32,111 nucleotides of DNA, from assembly GCA_039190745.1 (NCBI GenBank), contig JBCCXZ010000046.1, positions 1 through 32,111 of the forward strand, given 5' to 3'. Position 1 is the stretch's first letter. The number at the start of each line of letters is the position of its first letter. The translations under genes and the position numbers were made by a program. The notes under the pieces were generated by a model. That model was not told where the DNA came from. It saw only the letters and a program-made list of their open reading frames with translations, and searched no databases. The stretch comes from Planctomycetota bacterium (GTDB lineage Bacteria > Planctomycetota > Planctomycetia > Pirellulales > Lacipirellulaceae). Shown piece after piece: positions 9,188-16,802 of this stretch.

Positions 9188-12100
9188 CTACTCGGTCGCG
9201 ATGCCGAGCCGCTCCTCTTCTTCTTCCTGGATAATAATCCGCGGAGTCACCATCATCATCAAGCTGTCGGTGCTCCGGCCGATGCCGACGTTGCGGAACA
9301 GCCGATCGATGTACGGCACCTTGCTGAGGATCGGCACTCCGAATTCGGTGCGGGCCTCATCGAGCCGCTTGATGCCGCCCAGCAGCACGGTGCCGCCGTC
9401 CGGTACGCTCACCGTCGTGCTTACCGAGATGACCTCGAAGGTTGGGAGCTGCACCGTGGTGCCGCTGGTGATCGTCTCGGTCGCCCCGTCGGACGATTCG
9501 TCGTTGCCGTCGTCGTCTTCGTCGGTCGACCCGCTCGAAGAGCTGGATGTCGTTGAGCCCTCGAATGTGAACGTGTCGACGTTGCCAATCTGGCTGAAGA
9601 AGGGCACCAGCGTCAGACGCACGTAGCGGCGGTCGTCGGAGACCACGGCCTGCACGGTCATCATTGTGCCCTCCGAGAGCACTACGATCACCGGCTGCTG
9701 GGCCGCCGCGAACTCGCCGACCACTGGGATCACGCTGATCACAAACGGCACAAACGACGAGTCGACAACGATACCCTGCTGACCGTTCAGGAGGGTTACC
9801 TTGGGTGCGTTCAGCATATTCATCCGTGAATCGCCCTGAGAGGCCTCGATCAGGAAGAACGCCTCGATGTCGCTCAGGATCGCAAATCCGAAGGTCGAGA
9901 TCGCCTGCGTCTGGCCGCCGATCGTCGGCGTGGTCAGCGCGAAGCTGTCTTGACTGAACGGCACGTCGAGATCGGCAGTGAAGCTCGAAGCCCCGCCTCC
10001 GGAGTTCGAGATACCGACCGAAGCACTCGCCCGGGTCGGCTCGAACGGCGTCGTCGCGGTGTCCCCGCCGCCAAGGTCGGTGATGCCCGAGCCGTCCTCG
10101 ATGTCGAAGTCGAAGTCGATTCCGATCCTCTCGAAGAAGTCGTCCTGGAGTCTGATGAACCGCACCTCGATCGTCACCTGCAGGTCCTGCAGACGACGGA
10201 GCTGCTCCAGCAGGTCCGAGATCTGTTCATGAACCCGTTGCGTCTGGCTGATCACGAGACTGAGGTTTGTTGGGAAGGGCTGGATCTCGCCCTCGCCGGT
10301 GCCGTTCTCCATCCAGCTGTCGTGCTCGACCGTCGAGACAATCAGGTCAATCAGCGAGTCGAAGTCGGCGTTCGCAGCCGCTCCGAGCCCGCCGGGGCCG
10401 CCGCCCATCGGCGAACCACCGGAGCTGATAGAGCCCGCGCCCAATTGCTGGGCCAATGCGTTCGCCCCACCGGTCATCCCGGCCGGGGCCGCCTGGCTGT
10501 CGGCCACCATCGCCACCGGGCCCGGCACGCCGGGGCCCTGGGCGTAACCCATCGAGGCGTACGCGTCGTTGATCAAGCCCTGCAGTCCGATGTTGCTGCT
10601 CGGGATAAAGTTCGGGATCGGGATCACTAAGTCTGCCACGTCGTATGTCTTGGTGTAGACGTCGCCGTCGCGGAGCTGCTCGCTCGTGATCTTCAGGACC
10701 TCGTCTTTGATCATGTAGGTCAGGTGCAGCGGCTCGAGCACCAGGTTCAGCACGCTCTCCAGCGAGATCTCCTGGTTCAACGTCAGCGAGACTGGCTCGC
10801 TCGCGCTCACGCCTTCCTGCTCCAGACCGCGCGGATCGAGGTGGATATTCACGCCCGTCAGCTGTGACAGGCCCTCCACAACTTGCGACAACGGCATCTC
10901 GTTGTACCGCGGCAGGACCGGGGTCTGCAGCTTCTTCTGGATCTGGATCTCACGCAGCGGCCGACGCCGGTCGGTGTCGCCAGGGGCCCGGCGGCCGCGG
11001 ACCAAGTCTGGCCAATCAGCGCCGTAGGAAATCTCTTGCGTCGAGCCCAGCAGTGCGTCCGCCGATGTCAAGCGGACATCGAGCATCGAACCCGCAAATC
11101 CTTCCTCGGCCCGGGCGATGATGTCCTTGTTCAGCATCTCGCGGCGGATGAACTTCGCGTTCTGCCACACCTGCTGGGCCACTGGCTCCTCGGGCGCCAT
11201 CTCGTACAGACGCTTCGCCACGACCTCCATCTCCGCGTAGCGATGCTCGTCGCGGAGCGAGTTGAACTGGTCGACCATCTCCGCCATCCGCTCGCGCACC
11301 TGGGCCTTCACGGCGTTGCGGCGCTCGATCTCTTCCAGCACCTGACGGTTAGCTTCGTCGAGTTCCAACTCTGCGCTGTGGTCGTCGATGTACTGTTTCG
11401 TATCGGCGAGGCTCAGGTCGATCCGTCGCAGAAGCTGCGTACGGGTCTCGGTGTCGAGTGCCGAGTCGCGGATCAGTTCGCGCGTCTCGTTGAGAACCCG
11501 CAGGGATTGCATCGGGTCTTTCTCGCGGATCGACGACGCCTCGGATTGGCGCTTGCCGACCTCGGCCGAGAGCTGACGCGCCAGCACGTTCTGGTTGGCC
11601 CCGGCCTGACCGAGCAGCCCGCCTTGAGCGGACGACCCGCCCGAGGGGGACAGCATCTGCAGGTGGCCCTGCAGCCGCTGCTGGCTCAGGACGTCTAGCT
11701 CGTTGCGGTTCTTGTAAGCTTCTTTGAACAATCGGAGGGCCTCGGCGCGGTTGCCGTCCTGCAATGACTTTTCGCCGCTCTTCAGCAGGTCGAAAGCCCG
11801 AGAAGGCTCGGCGCCGAACAAGTCCTCGGCGGCGGGGAGCGGCAGTGGTTGACTCCGCTGCGACTGCGCCAGCCGCGGGGTCTCCGGGCCCCGACTCGGG
11901 GCCGGCTCACCGGGGAAACGCATAAAGTCAGGCACCTGTGCGGCCGCCGGTTGGACGGCCTGCTTTTCCAGGGCGGCTCGACGCAGATCGAACGCCAGCT
12001 TCGACGGGCGGTCGTCGGTCGGTGCGAACTGGTCCTCGGGGATCTTTAGCGACTCCAGCTTCCGTGAGATCCGTTCCGCGGTTGCCAAGTCGCCTCGCTT

Positions 12101-12700
12101 GATCGCGGCACGCGCCTGGCCGAGCACCTGTTGCACCTGCTCGCGGGCGGCCTTCGAAGCGTTCAGCGCCGGGTCGGCCTCGGGGACCGCCGCGTGCGGG
12201 GGCTCGGCCCCCGCCAACTGGCTCGCGCCGTCTTTGGTCGGTTGTTTGGCGATGCTGCTCGCGGCCGGCGTCGATGCAAGCGGCTTGCCCGCTAGCGGCG
12301 TCCGAGTGGCCTTCTCGCCTTTCTCGGCTCCACCCTGCTTGACGATCAGGCGTGTCAGATCACGCCGCACGCGCACCGGAGTATCTCCGAAGTGGAGCAC
12401 CGGGTACTTCGGGTTGGCTTTCTCGGCCTTCTTCAACAGCGTCTCGGCCTCACCCAAACGCCCTTCGGACATCGCTGCGCGGGCGGAGGCGAGCACCTTT
12501 GCCACCTCTTCCAGCGTGGTTGGGACCTTGTCTTCCGCGGCCGCAGTGTCTTCGACGGCTACCGAGCCTTCGGCAGCAACCGTGGCCGCGGCCACCGCCA
12601 GCTCCGGGAAGAACCCTGCCGCCGACTGGGCGCACCAGCCAAGGCCAAGCAACGCGACCGCTGTGGCGGCTCCGAAGAGCCGCGCGCAATTACCGTTCAA
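9188..12700 (-). CDS. Large outer-membrane secretin (PilQ/GspD family), ~1170 aa, with N-terminal TPR-like region
   Basis: C-terminal secretin motifs QVTIEVRFI, APKVTLLNGQ, TTVSVPDGGTVLLGG, GVPILSKVPYIDRLF, LMMMVTPRII, preceded by STN-like and N3-like segments. Start placed at TTG 12700 because AAGGAG lies 7 nt upstream and a signal-peptide-like stretch follows; ATG 12772 is an alternative. Confidence 0.9.
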   Translation of the reverse strand: MNGNCARLFGAATAVALLGLGWCAQSAAGFFPELAVAAATVAAEGSVAVEDTAAAEDKVPTTLEEVAKVLASARAAMSEGRLGEAETLLKKAEKANPKYPVLHFGDTPVRVRRDLTRLIVKQGGAEKGEKATRTPLAGKPLASTPAASSIAKQPTKDGASQLAGAEPPHAAVPEADPALNASKAAREQVQQVLGQARAAIKRGDLATAERISRKLESLKIPEDQFAPTDDRPSKLAFDLRRAALEKQAVQPAAAQVPDFMRFPGEPAPSRGPETPRLAQSQRSQPLPLPAAEDLFGAEPSRAFDLLKSGEKSLQDGNRAEALRLFKEAYKNRNELDVLSQQRLQGHLQMLSPSGGSSAQGGLLGQAGANQNVLARQLSAEVGKRQSEASSIREKDPMQSLRVLNETRELIRDSALDTETRTQLLRRIDLSLADTKQYIDDHSAELELDEANRQVLEEIERRNAVKAQVRERMAEMVDQFNSLRDEHRYAEMEVVAKRLYEMAPEEPVAQQVWQNAKFIRREMLNKDIIARAEEGFAGSMLDVRLTSADALLGSTQEISYGADWPDLVRGRRAPGDTDRRRPLREIQIQKKLQTPVLPRYNEMPLSQVVEGLSQLTGVNIHLDPRGLEQEGVSASEPVSLTLNQEISLESVLNLVLEPLHLTYMIKDEVLKITSEQLRDGDVYTKTYDVADLVIPIPNFIPSSNIGLQGLINDAYASMGYAQGPGVPGPVAMVADSQAAPAGMTGGANALAQQLGAGSISSGGSPMGGGPGGLGAAANADFDSLIDLIVSTVEHDSWMENGTGEGEIQPFPTNLSLVISQTQRVHEQISDLLEQLRRLQDLQVTIEVRFIRLQDDFFERIGIDFDFDIEDGSGITDLGGGDTATTPFEPTRASASVGISNSGGGASSFTADLDVPFSQDSFALTTPTIGGQTQAISTFGFAILSDIEAFFLIEASQGDSRMNMLNAPKVTLLNGQQGIVVDSSFVPFVISVIPVVGEFAAAQQPVIVVLSEGTMMTVQAVVSDDRRYVRLTLVPFFSQIGNVDTFTFEGSTTSSSSSGSTDEDDDGNDESSDGATETITSGTTVQLPTFEVISVSTTVSVPDGGTVLLGGIKRLDEARTEFGVPILSKVPYIDRLFRNVGIGRSTDSLMMMVTPRIIIQEEEEERLGIATE

Positions 12701-13083
12701 CTCCGTTCTCCTTCCGAGCCCGGGGACACACGATTGGGGCTGCTGCGATCGAACTGATAAGCGTAGGAGCATCGTCTGCCCTTGTGTCTTAGGCCGCGTG
12801 CGTTGCGGGCATTTCCTATCCGCAGGGCACGCCGGCAACTCCCGCCGCACCGCGCTGTTAGATGAGAGGCGGTTAAATATGAGCGGGCAGAATGCTCGTC
12901 AAGGGCAGTCTCGAACGAACGCGGCAAGAAGTGCCGAGAAGAGCTCTAGTGCGAGCGCTAGCCGCCCGCACCTGCGGCGAACACGCAATCAGTCGGCGCA
13001 AACCAGCAGCCAACAAGGCACAATGCCCGCAGGCACTGCTGTCAGTGACCGCACAGGCGCAAGAGTCAGAGCAGAGTTGAGCG

Positions 13084-15219
13084 TTACTCGAAGCGGCCTT
13101 CGCCGCCGTAGCCGCCACCGCCATAGCCGCCCCGGCCGCCGCCGTATCCGCCTCGACCGCCCCGTCCGCCGTCGTTGCCGCCCTCAAGGATTTCCTTGTA
13201 CTCCACGACCTCTTCGCTGTCGTCGAGTTCTTCCTGGATCGTGAGCCTGCCCGCGGCGTCCATCAGCACAGCGCGGGTGGGTGCGGTCAGGTTGCGACCG
13301 AGCTTCTCGCCGCCGCTGAAATCGACCAGGGTCATCCCGGAGTAGAAAGTAAACTTGGGCTCCTTGTTGCGCTCCTCGGGGTCGGGCCGGTAGTTGGACG
13401 ACCAGATCACCTCCGCCTCGCTGTTCAGGTTGAGGACGCTGCCCTTGGTGAACTCCTGCTTCACCCCCACTTGGGCCACGATCTCGGAATCGAGGGCCTT
13501 GATGATGACTTCCGCTTCGGGCTCATCGTTGAAGCTCGATTCGCGGGGCTCGTCCGCTCCGGCCAGGAAGATCAACGCGGGCAGCGGAACGCTTGCCACG
13601 CCGCTGGGCTCGCTCCACTCGGTCATCCGGTAGGGCAGCATTCGCTTCTCGGTCTCGCCCCGGCGGCTGACAACCGACGGGTCGAGGTACTGCACCGGCA
13701 CGCCGCCGGACGAACCGGCCGTGTGATTCACGTCGCGTAGGATCAGCTGGACGCGGTATCGGTAGCTACGCCCCGGCTGGACCTTCTGGTCGAAGTACCG
13801 CAGCAGAATGCGTGAGGTCTCTTCGTCCCAGACAAACTGGCCGAGATCGACATCGGCGCCGGCGCCGAGCGAGCCGCCAAAGCGGCCGTACCCGCCCTCA
13901 CCGCCATACCCTCCGCCTTCGCCTCCGTATCCTCCACGTCCTCCGTAGCCGCCTTCGCCGCCGAAGCCTCCACCTTCACCGCCATAGCCTCCGCGGCCTC
14001 CGTAACCGCCCCGTCCGCCGTACCCGCCCTCTCCGCCAAAGCGGCCTTCTCCTCCATAGCCGCCGCGACCCGGCCGTGTCCCGCGTCGTGCCAAGTCGCC
14101 GGGGTCGGCAGCGAAGGGGTCGTCCGAGTCGGCGTCTTCCTCTTCAACCGCTTCTGCTTCCAACTCTTCGGCGTCCAACTCTGCCTTCTCAACCGCCAGC
14201 GGCATCGAGCTGTGGCTGACGCTTGCGTCCCATTCACGCAAGATCAGCGGCGGCAGCGGGTGTGTGAGAATCGGGTGTTTCACGTCCGGATCGATCACGT
14301 CGGCCTGATTCACCGGGTACTGGCTGACTTTCTTAATCAGCCCCTTGCGGTAGACCAAATCAATCTCTTTCCATGGGCCGTCCACGCCGTCGACGACTTC
14401 TGAGCGTTCGACGCGGTACCCCCAGTAGTCCGGCAGGTCACGCTTAGCGTCGTACCCGCGCGCCGGCTCTAACGCCTGTTCGTAGATGTTGTATTGCTTC
14501 TCGACGGGGATCGCCGCGACCACAGTCACCCAGCCGGTTGGGCTGATCCGCTCGAAGCCTTGGACCTGCACGCCCTCGCGAGGCCGCACCACAATGGCGC
14601 CGGTGGGCCGGCCTTCACGGCCGTTGCCGCGACCTCCGCCGCGACCGCCCGGCACACCGCGGCCCCCCTCCCCGTAGCCGCCAAAACCTTCGCCGCGACC
14701 ACCCGCTCGGCCGCCGTCCTCTCGTGACCGTTCGCGTTCACGCTCGCGCTCCTGCTCTTTTTCTTTGGCTTCTCGGATTGCCTCAAGCTTCCGTTGCCTG
14801 ATCAAGTCCGGGTCTGCGGACACCAGCAGCCCCGCGTCGCCGTGGACCTCCAGCTCTACAGCCGGCAGCAAGTCGGGGTCCAGACGCAGGGCCATCGGTT
14901 CGAGCACCGGCCGATCGAGACTGTTGCTCAACACGGGGAACGACTCCGCCCGGACATCCGACATCGCCGAAGTGTCGATCGCGACCGCGATTTTCTTCTC
15001 TTCTTCGCCCAGGTCGGCCCAAACGAGGCCTTTGATCCGCTGGTCTGCGCCCTGTGCGTTGTTCTGAAGCTGCTGAGGCTCTCTGGTGAGCTGCTCTCGA
15101 CCAAGACCCGAGTAGGCGATGTAACCCGCGAGCCCCACGATCCCCGCAATGGCTAGCTTCTCGCCGTGGGCTAGTGCCAGCCGCACGATCGCGTTTCCGC
15201 CTTTGAGGTTCGCTTTCAT
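13084..15219 (-). CDS. Membrane-anchored hypothetical protein, 711 aa, with Gly/Tyr/Arg repeats; occupies the pilP position
   Basis: ATG 15219 after GAGG. One N-terminal hydrophobic helix (LAIAGIVGLAGYIAYSGL), FN3-like strands (GYRVERSE; VQPGRSYRYRVQL), three Gly-rich blocks. Function inferred from gene order only. Confidence 0.8.
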   Translation of the reverse strand: MKANLKGGNAIVRLALAHGEKLAIAGIVGLAGYIAYSGLGREQLTREPQQLQNNAQGADQRIKGLVWADLGEEEKKIAVAIDTSAMSDVRAESFPVLSNSLDRPVLEPMALRLDPDLLPAVELEVHGDAGLLVSADPDLIRQRKLEAIREAKEKEQERERERERSREDGGRAGGRGEGFGGYGEGGRGVPGGRGGGRGNGREGRPTGAIVVRPREGVQVQGFERISPTGWVTVVAAIPVEKQYNIYEQALEPARGYDAKRDLPDYWGYRVERSEVVDGVDGPWKEIDLVYRKGLIKKVSQYPVNQADVIDPDVKHPILTHPLPPLILREWDASVSHSSMPLAVEKAELDAEELEAEAVEEEDADSDDPFAADPGDLARRGTRPGRGGYGGEGRFGGEGGYGGRGGYGGRGGYGGEGGGFGGEGGYGGRGGYGGEGGGYGGEGGYGRFGGSLGAGADVDLGQFVWDEETSRILLRYFDQKVQPGRSYRYRVQLILRDVNHTAGSSGGVPVQYLDPSVVSRRGETEKRMLPYRMTEWSEPSGVASVPLPALIFLAGADEPRESSFNDEPEAEVIIKALDSEIVAQVGVKQEFTKGSVLNLNSEAEVIWSSNYRPDPEERNKEPKFTFYSGMTLVDFSGGEKLGRNLTAPTRAVLMDAAGRLTIQEELDDSEEVVEYKEILEGGNDGGRGGRGGYGGGRGGYGGGGYGGEGRFE

Positions 15220-15316
15220 AATCCAGATGCCTCTGGTTTGGGGATTTGACTGGGGAGTTGACGCCGTGGCGGCGCGAGTTGATTGAGTTCTTGTTTCTTG
15301 CTGGTTTTGGCTTGGG

Positions 15317-16753
15317 CTAGTTGTCGCCGACGGCGGCCAGGCCGTCGCCTTCGGCGGCGAGTTCATCGTCGCCCGGCAGCGAAAGCACTTCATCGGTGGG
15401 CGGGTTGTAGATGTAGACGACGCCCTGGACGTCGATCGTCGCCAACTCCCGGGTGTCGGCTGGGCCCTGCGATCGCCCCCGGCCAACGCTGCGCCCTGTC
15501 CGACCGGCCCGCGGTCCGCCGAAGCCTGCGCCAGCCTGATCGGCGTTGATCCTCACCCGCTCGACCACAATCGGCAATGGCGAGTTGGCGCACTGCAGCA
15601 GCAGCTGCGGCAACCAACGCTCGTCCATGGTCAGGTTCAAACGCACAGGCAGCCTACGGAACTCAGCGCCAAGGCTGTCCGCAGAAACGGCCGCCCCGGT
15701 TTCGTCGACGTAGCGGTTGGCGAGCAGTTCCTCGTCGGAGACGGCGCCTTGGGCGCCATAACCGCCTCGGCCTCCTTCACCACCGTAGCCGCCTCGGCCT
15801 CCTTCGCCGCCGTAACCGCCGTAGCCGCCTCCCTCACCGCCGTAGCCGCCCCGGCCGCCTCTGCCTCCTTCGCCGCCGTATCCGCCGTAGCCCCCTTCAC
15901 CGCCATAGCCGCCGGCCAAGCTTGCTTCGCCGCTCGGGATGATGATTTGGGCCTGGGCGTTCGCTTTTGCGGCGGCCTTGTCGCCAATCTCCAGTGCGAT
16001 GATTTCGCTTACGGCGGTATTGTCTGGCCGGGTCGCTCCACGCGCCTCATTCGTGTCTGCGATCACCTTCAGCAGCGTCTCGTAGACCCAGAGGTCTTCC
16101 TGGACCACCCAGATCTGGGTCGAGCTCGGACGCTTCTGGAAAGACAGCTTCGCCCGAGCGGTGCCCTGGTCGACCCACTCGACAAGGTAGTCTTTCTCTT
16201 CTTCCTCGCCGCGCGGGCTGCGAGCGCCGCCCTCTTCCAGCCCACCGTACCCGCCATAGCCGCCACGGCCCGGCCGGCCTCCGCCGCCGACTCCGTCCGT
16301 CTCACGCGCCTTAACAATGTCCAAGAGCGACGTGAACTGCTTCTCGATGTAGTTCCAATAGAGCGACCGCATCGCCGGGTCGATCGGGTCGCGGAATTCT
16401 TTGCCCTCGATCTTCTCGACAAACTCTTTGCTCAGCACTTTCTCATCCGGCCACTGCAGCACCTGCTCGCTCTGCTCGTTGTAAAGCTCCGCCCACACCT
16501 GCCGGACATAGTTACGCTGCGTGCGGGCTTGCTCCAGATCGCCCTTGTTAACCTCGTCGTTCACCTGCTGCCCGGAGAGCGACTGGATATCACTGAAGCG
16601 GCGTTCGATCTCTGACTTGTTCTTGTCGAAGGCCGAGCTGATCGTGCCAGAGGCAGAACTCCAGCACACCAGTCCCGTGATCAAGCAGAGCAGCGTGAGC
16701 AACCAGAATCGCTCGCGCCACATCACCTTCACGATTGTCCGTATCTGATCCAT
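15317..16753 (-). CDS. Membrane-anchored hypothetical protein, 478 aa, possibly PilO-like, with GGYGGEGG repeats
   Basis: ATG 16753. N-terminal TM (FWLLTLLCLITGLVCW), helical region, then a C-terminal beta-alpha-beta-beta pattern (RLPVRLNLTM...LLLQC...IVVERVRI...ATIDVQGVVYIY) compatible with a PilO/GspM ferredoxin-like fold. Confidence 0.8.
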   Translation of the reverse strand: MDQIRTIVKVMWRERFWLLTLLCLITGLVCWSSASGTISSAFDKNKSEIERRFSDIQSLSGQQVNDEVNKGDLEQARTQRNYVRQVWAELYNEQSEQVLQWPDEKVLSKEFVEKIEGKEFRDPIDPAMRSLYWNYIEKQFTSLLDIVKARETDGVGGGGRPGRGGYGGYGGLEEGGARSPRGEEEEKDYLVEWVDQGTARAKLSFQKRPSSTQIWVVQEDLWVYETLLKVIADTNEARGATRPDNTAVSEIIALEIGDKAAAKANAQAQIIIPSGEASLAGGYGGEGGYGGYGGEGGRGGRGGYGGEGGGYGGYGGEGGRGGYGGEGGRGGYGAQGAVSDEELLANRYVDETGAAVSADSLGAEFRRLPVRLNLTMDERWLPQLLLQCANSPLPIVVERVRINADQAGAGFGGPRAGRTGRSVGRGRSQGPADTRELATIDVQGVVYIYNPPTDEVLSLPGDDELAAEGDGLAAVGDN

Positions 16754-16802
16754 GCTCGCTTGCGCTCCGTAAAGATGCAGGGCAGCGGCCCCGCGGCGGT
16801 TC

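Noticed and set aside
13873..14076. Nucleotide repeats as a possible CRISPR array or VNTR
   Set aside because: In-frame Gly-rich coding repeats with synonymous variation; no constant repeat-spacer structure and no cas genes.
15220..15486. Upstream extensions of the 800-aa ORF (and of the 539-aa ORF, 16754-16936)
   Set aside because: They overlap the preceding genes. Downstream ATGs put the TM helix near the N-terminus and remove the overlaps.
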